Positions 9,547 through 17,515 of a DNA stretch of 29,042 nt are shown piece by piece. Positions within the stretch are counted from its first letter, which is position 1; each line of letters begins with the position of its first letter. The notes below the pieces were generated by a model. It was not told the DNA's origin. It saw nothing but the letters and a program-made list of their open reading frames with translations, and ran no database searches. This stretch comes from Armatimonadota bacterium (GTDB lineage: Bacteria > Armatimonadota > UBA5829 > DTLH01). A program made the position numbers and the translations under genes. The stretch is taken from assembly GCA_038207085.1 (NCBI GenBank), contig JBBRAE010000032.1:1-29042 (forward strand). The letters run 5' to 3'.

Positions 9547-10338
9547 TTGGCAGAAACTCCGAACCCAGAGCAATTGAAAGATAAACTTCAGCGTGCGCTG
9601 AAGGCAAAAGCTGTCCTGCAGGAAAAGAGCAAGTTGCTTGAGCGGCAGGCGGACGATGCGCGTCGTCGAGAGGACAACCAGACTCACGTTGTCTCAGAGC
9701 TTCTCGACCGTCAGCGCGAGACGAACTATATGCTCCACAGCGCGAACTCCGTGCTCCATCGCCTGCAAGAGACGAACCTCGCGCTCTCAAGTGAGTTCAC
9801 AGAGCTTGTGAAGGAACTCCCCGCGCCTAACAGCCCGGATTGGGAGCAGAGAGTCGCCAAGATCAACGAGCTTTTCAAGAAGACCGGCGACCTTGCCGAT
9901 GAGATTCACAACGAAGTCTTCCGCAGCAACAAGCCTGAAGAACCTGCAAGACTAGTCACATCAAACGGTCCTGCCCCGGCAGCCGCGTCGGTTTCGGAAC
10001 CGATTCACGTAGCCGAAACTGTCGCCCCTACCCCCGACCCGGAACCCGCCGAGGCGGTAATCGTGCCGGAGACACAGGGAGCGCAGGAAGAATATGCTGC
10101 CGAACACGTCGCTCCACAGCCTACTATGGACGCCGAGTATACGACCGAAGAAGCTGAGCGTCAGCAGAGACTCGAACGACTCTTCCGCCGCCTGGATACA
10201 GTCGACGCCGATGCCCGTCGCAGCAAGGCGACCACCACTCAGACTCAGCCAACAAGAACAAACTTCATTGGCCGTTTCTGGGGCAAAGTCACAGGTCAGG
10301 GCGCTTCGGACGACTCCACTATAGACAAGGCCTCCTAA
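9547..10338 (+). CDS. Hypothetical protein: N-terminal coiled coil, P/E/A-rich linker, C-terminal amphipathic helix
   Basis: 263-aa ORF with TTG start after AAGGA. Heptad-like L/E/K/Q/R-rich first ~125 aa; FIGRFWGKVTG near the C-terminus. Confidence 0.75.
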   Translation: MAETPNPEQLKDKLQRALKAKAVLQEKSKLLERQADDARRREDNQTHVVSELLDRQRETNYMLHSANSVLHRLQETNLALSSEFTELVKELPAPNSPDWEQRVAKINELFKKTGDLADEIHNEVFRSNKPEEPARLVTSNGPAPAAASVSEPIHVAETVAPTPDPEPAEAVIVPETQGAQEEYAAEHVAPQPTMDAEYTTEEAERQQRLERLFRRLDTVDADARRSKATTTQTQPTRTNFIGRFWGKVTGQGASDDSTIDKAS

Positions 10339-10349
10339 GGCTACTTACT

Positions 10350-11264
10350 TTACGCGCTGGTTTCGCTCCTTACGGCTTGTGAAACCGTGCTGAAGACCGT
10401 CTCAATTGTCGTCGGCTCGAAGTTGAAGTCGTTGTATACCCGCCACCTGGCTTCCTCCATCTCAGGCGTCCAATCCCGCCACATCGTGCGCAGAGACTCG
10501 AACATGCGGAGCATACCGTCGATGAACGGGTCGGAGGCTCCCATAATCTGCTTCAGGAACTGCCGGGTCTCGTCTGGTGAGGCTTGGTGGTATCTGATAT
10601 CTTTCTCAAGTATTTTGCTGAGAGTGCTCGTAACCCGCTCCGGGGTATAGTTCTCCGGTCCATACATTTCATACTGCTCGCAGCCTCTTCCGCCTCTTAC
10701 CAGCGACTCAGTCACGGCATAGGCTACGTCCTCAGTTGCGACCATAGGGACGGGGGTGTCGGGAGCAAGCGGCAGAGCTATCATCCCGTAGTCTTTGATG
10801 AGCGGGGCCTGGTTGAAGACGTTCTCCATAAAGAACGACGGTCGCATGAAAGTAACATCTACATCGACCGAGGCGAGCATCGACTCGACTACGGCTTTTG
10901 ACTCGTAGTGGGGAATTCCCGTCGAAGACCTCGCTCCGGCGATTGACAGGTAGACGGCGTGCCTGACTGTCGCATCACGAAGGGCATCCGCGTAGTTTCG
11001 ACCTATCGTGATCTCGTCCTCCGCCGGTTGCTCGCTTTTCACATTGAGCGGTGTTACAAGAAACGCCCCATCGCAGCGGTCGAACGTGCGCTTGACGTCC
11101 TCGATGTTTCTGAGATCGCCCTCGACGATCTCAGCGCCCTCGTTTTTGAGCGGCGTCGCATTATCTCCCGTGTGAACGAGGATCCTAACAGGAATGCCCC
11201 GTTCGAGAAGCATGGCGGCCACTTTGCCGCCCACCTTACCTGTAGCGCCGAACACAGCAATCAT
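10350..11264 (-). CDS. NmrA-like NAD(P)H-binding oxidoreductase (atypical SDR)
   Basis: MIAVFGATGKVGG Rossmann motif, GIPHYESK, MRPSFFMEN, VATEDVA. AGGAGG RBS. Confidence 0.92.
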   Translation of the reverse strand: MIAVFGATGKVGGKVAAMLLERGIPVRILVHTGDNATPLKNEGAEIVEGDLRNIEDVKRTFDRCDGAFLVTPLNVKSEQPAEDEITIGRNYADALRDATVRHAVYLSIAGARSSTGIPHYESKAVVESMLASVDVDVTFMRPSFFMENVFNQAPLIKDYGMIALPLAPDTPVPMVATEDVAYAVTESLVRGGRGCEQYEMYGPENYTPERVTSTLSKILEKDIRYHQASPDETRQFLKQIMGASDPFIDGMLRMFESLRTMWRDWTPEMEEARWRVYNDFNFEPTTIETVFSTVSQAVRSETSA

Positions 11265-11300
11265 CTTGTGCCTCCTGGATTTAAAGAGTCCCTTCGGATG

Positions 11301-11326
11301 ATTCCCACGAGCAGTCGCTACAAAAC
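11301..11326 (-). promoter_or_regulatory. Putative SigB/SigF-type promoter of the NmrA-like gene
   Basis: The minus strand reads GTTTTG-N14-GGGAAT, matching the GTTT..-N12-15-GGGWAW general-stress consensus. Confidence 0.55.
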
Positions 11327-11488
11327 AGATAATGGCTATTGGGAGTCGTAAGCAGCGATCGCGACGGGCAATATTGTAGTGCCCGAGTTATACAACACCC
11401 TGAATCCATTGTCAAATGACTGTGCTTGGAGCTTAGGCCCTGGGTGTGATACCATGAAGCGTTGTAACTACGGCAATTGAGGTTATTC

Positions 11489-12826
11489 GTGAATACTCTT
11501 TCTCCCGCTTTCAAGATACTTACCTGGGGCTGCCAGATGAATGAAGATGACTCGGACCAGATGGCGAGCCTGCTTATGCAAATGGGGTATCGGCTGGCTG
11601 GTGAGGTCGCAGAGGCGGATGTCATATTGCTCAATACCTGCTCAGTACGTGCAAAACCGGAGCATAAGGTCAGCACCAAGCTCGGAGAACTGCGAATTCT
11701 CAAGGAACAGAACCCCGATATGATCATCGGAGTCTGCGGCTGCATGGCACAGCGGCAGGGAGCGGCAATCCGTCGGCGCAACCCACACATAGACCTCGTT
11801 ATCGGCACTGCGCAGATCGAACGCATACCCGAGCTTATTTGTGAAGTCGTGCGTTCGCGCCACCCACTTACTGCGCTTGATCTTCCACGAGCCAAGGACG
11901 ATGCGCCCGTCACACCCGGACGCAGCACCCAAGCCCACTATGGCAAACTCAAAACCTTTGTGCCCGTAACCTATGGCTGCGACAATTTCTGCTCCTACTG
12001 CGTGGTGCCCTACGTCAGAGGCAAGGAGCGCAGCAGGCAACTCTCAGAGATCGCAGAGGAAGTGACCGGCCTCGCATCCCAGGGGTGCAAGGAAGTTACA
12101 CTTCTCGGACAAAACGTGAACAGCTACAAAAGTCCCGATGACGGCAGTACAGGGTTTCCCGAACTCCTGGCTAGGCTGAACGACATCGATGGTCTTCAGC
12201 GCATCAGGTTCACCACCAGCCACCCAAAGGATCTCTCAGACAAGCTCATAGAAGCGATGGTGACTCTTCCCAAGGTGTGCAGGCATATACACTTGCCTAT
12301 GCAAGCCGGGGACACAGATGTGCTTGCGCGGATGCGGCGTGGATACTCGGTCGAGCACTATTTGGACCTGATCGCCTCGCTTAGACAAGCCGCGCCGGAG
12401 ATTGCAATATCCACTGACATTCTCGTCGGTTTCCCTGGTGAGACGGAAGAGCAGTTCCGGAACACACTCCAGGTGATCGAGGATGTCAGGTTTGATATGG
12501 CGTTTATGTTCGCCTATAACGCGATTCCCAAGACCGCTGCGGCGGCGCTTCCAGACCAGTTGACTTATCAAGAGAAGAACGCCCGCCTTGCAAAGGTTAT
12601 CGAACTCCAGAACCGCATTACGATTGAGAAGAATACAGAGCATATCGGGCAGGTTTTTGAAGTCCTGGTAGAGGGTATCAGCCCCAAAGACCCGACGCGC
12701 ATCTGTGGGCTTACGAGCCAGAACAAAACTGTCAACTTTGAAGGCGTTTTACAAACAATTGGCAAACTGATACGGGTCCGCGTGACAGAGTCCCATCTCT
12801 ACGGATTTGTTGGAGAGACAATGTAA
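11489..12826 (+). CDS. miaB: tRNA-2-methylthio-N6-dimethylallyladenosine synthase MiaB
   Basis: TWGCQMNEDDS, NTCSVR, GCDNFCSYCVVPYVRG, RFTTSHPKD, DILVGFPGET and a C-terminal TRAM domain. GTG 11489 follows GAGG (the ORF track start is 11477). Confidence 0.96.
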   Translation: MNTLSPAFKILTWGCQMNEDDSDQMASLLMQMGYRLAGEVAEADVILLNTCSVRAKPEHKVSTKLGELRILKEQNPDMIIGVCGCMAQRQGAAIRRRNPHIDLVIGTAQIERIPELICEVVRSRHPLTALDLPRAKDDAPVTPGRSTQAHYGKLKTFVPVTYGCDNFCSYCVVPYVRGKERSRQLSEIAEEVTGLASQGCKEVTLLGQNVNSYKSPDDGSTGFPELLARLNDIDGLQRIRFTTSHPKDLSDKLIEAMVTLPKVCRHIHLPMQAGDTDVLARMRRGYSVEHYLDLIASLRQAAPEIAISTDILVGFPGETEEQFRNTLQVIEDVRFDMAFMFAYNAIPKTAAAALPDQLTYQEKNARLAKVIELQNRITIEKNTEHIGQVFEVLVEGISPKDPTRICGLTSQNKTVNFEGVLQTIGKLIRVRVTESHLYGFVGETM

Positions 12827-12949
12827 CGCTGTGTCGTATGACACATATCACATTACCGCGTCAGATAACAACATACTGCACCAATGTCAGCCATGTTGCC
12901 ACTGTGCTTTCTGGCACACGTTAAATTGCAGTATTTGGTTAACGCAGGC

Positions 12950-12978
12950 TAGACTTTTCTGTGTCTGTCTGCTATAAT
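12950..12978 (+). promoter_or_regulatory. sigma70-type extended -10 promoter of the 732-aa gene
   Basis: TAGACT, 17-bp spacer, TATAAT, with TG one base upstream of the -10 (TGcTATAAT). An inverted repeat overlaps it. Confidence 0.7.
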
Positions 12979-13139
12979 AATCGGGTACAGACACAGCATT
13001 TGAGGGAATGTGTCTTGACGCTGTGGAGGGGACTCGTCCTCACTCCTTCAGCACTCGGCAGAACTGTCACGCCATCACTTTCCTCTACTATTGCTTTTGA
13101 AGTATTTCAGCATGTGACCGGATACATCGAGGTTAAGCA

Positions 13140-15338
13140 ATGAACGCACTGTCTGCCAGCCCGCGCAGTCTGACCGAAGACCGGGCAGTGGAGCAGTTCT
13201 TTCAGGATCTGGGCCGTTGGGGCTTTGACATCGCCTGCATAAGGCTTGATGCCCATTGGCACGTCGACCCGGAGAATCTATTCGCTGATACATATACTGC
13301 CTTTTCTGCGGCGGCGGCAGCCCAATCGCTGCCGGCGTGTGTTTCCATAGATATATCACAGACCCTCGGCGACGTAGTCGACATCTCAGAAGCTCAGCAC
13401 CATTTCGATGACCGCCCTGTCATGCGTGATGGTGGAGGTTTCTTCGTCTCGTTCGCCTCCAAAGAGTGGCAGGACCACCTCAAGGGGATTATCAAGCGCT
13501 TTGTTGAGGATTTTGGCTTCAACTTTGTACTGCTTGGAGCCCCGATATATCGGGTGGATATTCCCGGCAGACTCGACCGGTTCTACAAAGCATTTCTGAA
13601 GGCGCACCCGAATCTCGACTACCCCCACATGCCCCAGCAATCGGCCGAGTATCTCACACTCCAGAAACTCAAGACTGATATCGCTATGAGGTTCTGCGGT
13701 GAACTCGCCAATTACGCCAAGTCTATCGGAGCAGAGATTGTCGGAGTGACGGCGCGTCCGTTTGCGCCCGGTGTCGGATCGACGACCGAGCCACATGCTC
13801 AAATGAATGTCTCGGACGCCGGAAGGCTCTTTTCCCTTCCTGATGTTGACTTTGGAGCTGTTCAACTGCGGCCTGATCTACTTATCCGGGTCGGTGAGAT
13901 GATCGGGGAACCGGTCGAGACCCGCCCGTGTCTCAGCTTCGCCGAAGTGCTTTCCGCAGCTGCCGGCAAACCTATCGTAGTTGTCACTCAGGGCGCTCAG
14001 CTTGGCAACTGGCCTGCAAATGGTGCAATCAGTCCCGAGACCCTGAGCAAGTCCACGCTCGCCGCCATTACCGCCGCGCCAAACGGGATTGTCGCGGGCT
14101 GGGAAGAGATGAACGCGGAGCCGAAACACCACAGTCTCATCACGACAGCCGCTGAAGTGCTACCACGAATGGTGCATCAGCGGTCACCGCTCGGGTTTAT
14201 TTACTCCGGATCCAGCACCGTACACGCAGACACGACGAGCGATTCAAGCGTTTGGTCGCATTATTGGCCGCTTATGCGCCGCATGCTCGTTGATGTCAGG
14301 AGGCCGGTCCTTACCCTGACGGCGGACGCTCTGCAGGAGCAAATAGCCCTGAACCCGCAGCTGAGGATGGCCATACTCGATGAACACTTCCCTCTTACTC
14401 GCTCACAGGTGCGGACTCTGCTCGACTGGTGGCAGGAACAACCGGGAAGATCGCTTGTAGTCTTCGGCAGTGGGCTCGGCCGCTCAGCCGACCCCAACGT
14501 GCCGGGACCGGTGTCAATTGAGGAGTCTTTTCCGGGGCTTCTGGAACAAATCGGAGTCAAGATCCAAAACCCACCGAGCGTCGACCTTGGACCGGACGGC
14601 GCGCTGACGATGATGCTGCGCGGATCAAAGCAGGTGGCGCTTCCTGAGGACGGAACCACGGTTCGGACTTCTGCCATAGCGAACGTCCATAGAATCTTCG
14701 GCTCCGGTTGCAGCGTGCTTTACACCGACACCAACGGGCAGCCGATCATAACGAGATGGCGCACGGGCGACACGGTGGCCTACTTCTGCGGCGTCGGCAG
14801 CTCGCATGATACCGCGCAGCTCCTGACCTCGGTCATCCGGCAGGCCGCCATCAGCACGTTCAGGCCCCCTGTGCCTCCCGTGATCTCGTCAACAGGCCAT
14901 TATCTGTGGAACGGCACCACTCACGGCTATCTCATCGTCGGTAACTGCTGCAGCGAGCAGGCATCGGTTACTGTGGCCCGTCGTCCGTATGCGTATTGGG
15001 ATGTTCTGGAGCGCAGACTGGAGCGGGAAGAGAGCATTGATCTTGTGATACCACCCGACTCGCTCAAGGTGATTCGGTGGATCCCAAAGACCGCAAAACT
15101 GTACGATATCGCTGGGGCTATTAGCATCAAGAGCATCAGCGCGGGAGCCGGACGGGCTGAGGTAGTTCTTCGTCCCGGACCAAACACCCAGTTCATTGTT
15201 CGCTCTGTTCCAAAGCGCCTGCTAATTGACGGGGTGCAGTCAAACGACCGCACGTTCGAAAACTGCGGGCCGGATCACTGCACGATCACGCTCACCAAGC
15301 CTCTCGCCGGCGAGCACACATTCACGCTCATCTGGTAG
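13140..15338 (+). CDS. Hypothetical multidomain protein, probably glycoside-hydrolase-like (TIM barrel + GATase-like domain + beta domains)
   Basis: 732-aa ORF with GAGG RBS. The segments SFASKEWQDHLKGIIKRFVEDFGFNFVLLG and PLTRSQVRTLLDWWQEQPGRSLVVFG resemble the catalytic and trimerisation domains of GH42/GH-like proteins. The fold is inferred. Confidence 0.7.
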   Translation: MNALSASPRSLTEDRAVEQFFQDLGRWGFDIACIRLDAHWHVDPENLFADTYTAFSAAAAAQSLPACVSIDISQTLGDVVDISEAQHHFDDRPVMRDGGGFFVSFASKEWQDHLKGIIKRFVEDFGFNFVLLGAPIYRVDIPGRLDRFYKAFLKAHPNLDYPHMPQQSAEYLTLQKLKTDIAMRFCGELANYAKSIGAEIVGVTARPFAPGVGSTTEPHAQMNVSDAGRLFSLPDVDFGAVQLRPDLLIRVGEMIGEPVETRPCLSFAEVLSAAAGKPIVVVTQGAQLGNWPANGAISPETLSKSTLAAITAAPNGIVAGWEEMNAEPKHHSLITTAAEVLPRMVHQRSPLGFIYSGSSTVHADTTSDSSVWSHYWPLMRRMLVDVRRPVLTLTADALQEQIALNPQLRMAILDEHFPLTRSQVRTLLDWWQEQPGRSLVVFGSGLGRSADPNVPGPVSIEESFPGLLEQIGVKIQNPPSVDLGPDGALTMMLRGSKQVALPEDGTTVRTSAIANVHRIFGSGCSVLYTDTNGQPIITRWRTGDTVAYFCGVGSSHDTAQLLTSVIRQAAISTFRPPVPPVISSTGHYLWNGTTHGYLIVGNCCSEQASVTVARRPYAYWDVLERRLEREESIDLVIPPDSLKVIRWIPKTAKLYDIAGAISIKSISAGAGRAEVVLRPGPNTQFIVRSVPKRLLIDGVQSNDRTFENCGPDHCTITLTKPLAGEHTFTLIW

Positions 15339-15585
15339 CGCGGGATATCAGCGCCACCTCAGACGATGGATCACGAGTCGCAAACTGACAGTTGAGGTCG
15401 ATTCCATCGGCGGGCTCGTCTCCGTGCATTCCCGCTGATATTGTGACATCAAGCTTGTCAGGAGCAGCTTCCCCCAGGGTTACAACGATCAGCGGGTAAC
15501 TCGACACGGCCCTGGGGAGAAGCTGCCGCCTGTATTCGATCTAACAAGTCATCATAAGACGGCCTTTTGGTCATTCCCATAGCTG

Positions 15586-15936
15586 TTATGGGCCTGTGGA
15601 ACCGCCGGACGTTCCACCTGATGAGCCTCCCGAGCCTTGAGAAGGCGCCGGGGTGCTCGGAGTCGGTTGAGGCGCTGTTGTCCCGGATGGACCCTGCGGG
15701 CCAGGCGAGCCTTGCGAACCCTGCGAACCCTGCGGCCCTGGAGGACCGGGAGCACCCTGCTGTGGAGCCGGAGCAGGTGTCGACATCGGCGCCGGTATTT
15801 CGATTACCGTTGTCCGATTTGGCTGCCACCAGGCAAAGTAGGCTATCAATAGAAGCGCGATCACGACAAGCAGGACGACGACAAGCGTCCCCCACATCCC
15901 CGAATCGTCGCGCTCAACACGTGCATACGGACTCAT
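15586..15936 (-). CDS. Small single-pass membrane protein with a collagen-like (Gly-X-Y) and P/S/G-rich tail
   Basis: One TM helix (TLVVVLLVVIALLLIAYFAWW), then GAPGPPGPQGSQGSQGSPGPQGPS (8 triplets). GAGGA RBS. Confidence 0.8.
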   Translation of the reverse strand: MSPYARVERDDSGMWGTLVVVLLVVIALLLIAYFAWWQPNRTTVIEIPAPMSTPAPAPQQGAPGPPGPQGSQGSQGSPGPQGPSGTTAPQPTPSTPAPSQGSGGSSGGTSGGSTGP

Positions 15937-15994
15937 TGTTCATTCCTCACTTTTCATCTTCGAGCGAGCTAACTTACTGCCTTGTAAGTATTGA

Positions 15995-16020
15995 TTACCC
16001 CACCTCAGTCTTGGATTAAC
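15995..16020 (-). promoter_or_regulatory. Putative SigB/SigF-type promoter of the collagen-like protein gene
   Basis: The minus strand reads GTTAAT-N14-GGGTAA, about 60 bp upstream of the start. Confidence 0.55.
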
Positions 16021-16149
16021 CTGAATATGGCAGATACCACACACCTGTCTACGGAGCCTCGCACGCGGAAACACATGCTGCGTTATGCGCGCATGAACAA
16101 GTTAAGCGTGCCTCAGTTTCGGCAAAACTGACAAACCTGTTTGGCAAGC

Positions 16150-16173
16150 GTTATAATTGGGTCAGCCGGGTAT
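16150..16173 (+). promoter_or_regulatory. Putative SigB-type promoter (overlapping a TATAAT) of the DUF1360 gene
   Basis: GTTATA-N12-GGGTAT. There is also a CTGACA-N18-TATAAT (16128-16157). Confidence 0.45.
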
Positions 16174-16276
16174 CGATAAGAACGGGCACGGGTAACCTCG
16201 GCATCGTTCCAGGGGTTCCCACCGGTCAGCCGAATAACGCAACTGCCGTGTCTCCCGTCATAGAGGATGATGAAAA

Positions 16277-16762
16277 ATGAACCGTTACTTGATTCTGCTC
16301 GATGTGATATTTGTCGCGCTCTACATTGGCGCAATGTTGATCCTAAGTCGCCTGGGGCGGCTGCCAACGACGATCACTGTGCTCGATCTGGTTCTGCTCG
16401 GCTTCGCGAGCGCCCGGCTCACTGATGTTTTGAGCACGGACGAGATAATGCAGTGGCTGCGTCAACCGTTTGTCAGGATGACTCAGGAGGAAGTAGCTGG
16501 CCGCGAGGTTGAGACACGCGTTGGGCGTGGCAGAGGATTTCGCAAGGTGCTCGGTGAGCTGCTCTCCTGCCCGTGGTGCGTTGGGGTATGGGTGGCAGCC
16601 GGCCTCAGCTATGCTTACTTTCTTGCGCCGAAACTCGTGTGGCTTTTCGTCCTGGTTCTTGCAGTCTCGGAAATCGGGTCGCTGCTTCAGACGATTTCGA
16701 CTATATTAGTGCGCCTTGAGAAATACTTCAAGGGCCTGGGTGTTCCGGATGAGGGTATCTAA
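16277..16762 (+). CDS. DUF1360 domain membrane protein
   Basis: ARLTDVLSTDEIMQWLRQPF and LGELLSCPWCVGVWVA (CPWC motif) are typical of DUF1360. GAGGA RBS. Confidence 0.85.
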   Translation: MNRYLILLDVIFVALYIGAMLILSRLGRLPTTITVLDLVLLGFASARLTDVLSTDEIMQWLRQPFVRMTQEEVAGREVETRVGRGRGFRKVLGELLSCPWCVGVWVAAGLSYAYFLAPKLVWLFVLVLAVSEIGSLLQTISTILVRLEKYFKGLGVPDEGI

Positions 16763-16790
16763 TGGGTCAATTGCCATGCATTACGCCATT

Positions 16791-16844
16791 CGGGATTCGG
16801 AAATCCCGTCTTAGCTTTGTGGTGGCGATTCCGAAATCGCCACC
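16791..16844. repeat. Pair of REP-like palindromes
   Basis: CGGGATT-CGGA-AATCCCG (16791-16808) and GGTGGCGATT-CCGA-AATCGCCACC (16821-16844) share a GATT-N4-AATC core. Confidence 0.55.
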
Positions 16845-16957
16845 CAACAACCAATGTGGCTATATGACGACAATCTGGTCTGATACAGTTTAAAACTGGC
16901 CCTGCGGGGGGTAACGCTTCCCTGTGCCCCAGTAAGAGACTACCAAGAGTGGAGTAA

Positions 16958-17515
16958 ACACTCGACCGTGTCGTGGCGCTTGGTCTCACGCCGGTTCTGA
17001 TCTCTCACACTTTTGGACCCGAGACTAGAAGAGACGACCGCCGCGCAGCTGAACGCGTGGCTGACATGGCACAATGCCGTAAGTTGATAAAGGTCATCAA
17101 AGGCGACTACTCAGCTGAAGAAACAAAAGGTCTGATCGCCGCAATGGACCTGATGGTCGGGCTTCGGATGCATTCCTGCATTGCTGCGCTATCAAGCGGA
17201 GTGCCCGCCATATCTATCGCCTATGGCCCCAAAGCCGTCGGGATTATGGGGCTTGCCGGACAGAGCAAGTGGGTAATCGACATCAAAGACCTCACCTCGG
17301 AGGCTCTATTCGAGCTTATTGAGCGCGCCTGGGGAGAACGAGACGATATTCGCGGCTCGCTCTGCACCCACATACCGGACGTGCTCGCTATGGCCGCTGA
17401 CAACATCGGGATGATCTCCGAGCTTGTCCATCAGCCCAAATTGGAGATGCAGGTAACAGACACCGCAGGAAGCCCAGTCGTCGCACAGGAGTCAGGCAAT
17501 GTCACTGGTCCGTGA
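16958..17515 (+). pseudogene. 5'-truncated polysaccharide pyruvyl transferase (WcaK/CsaB family), C-terminal half
   Basis: DLMVGLRMHSCIAALSSGVPAISIAYGPKAVGIM is the family C-terminal motif. The reading frame extends back only to an in-frame TAA at 16955-16957, and the N-terminal GN.GD half is missing. Confidence 0.75.

Noticed and set aside
12961..13143. 60-aa ORF ending in a TGA that overlaps the 732-aa start (leader peptide, Sec readthrough or frameshift)
   Set aside because: It starts inside the promoter and has no homology cues. Reading through the TGA meets another stop within about 10 codons, and the large gene has its own RBS.
15539..15591. Possible integron attC site (ATCTAAC...GTTATGG)
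   Set aside because: The inner L boxes are not complementary, the GTTA is just the stop codon of the minus-strand gene, and there is no integron integrase or second site.
15458..16019. Alternative overlapping ORFs (150 aa plus, 145 aa minus)
   Set aside because: The 116-aa minus frame has an RBS, a TM helix and a Gly-X-Y pattern. The others are frame or antisense by-products of the repeat.
16115..16150. c-di-GMP-I riboswitch-like GGCAAAAC
   Set aside because: There is no GNRA-capped stem or following GCAAA/second-stem motif, and the region reads better as a promoter.
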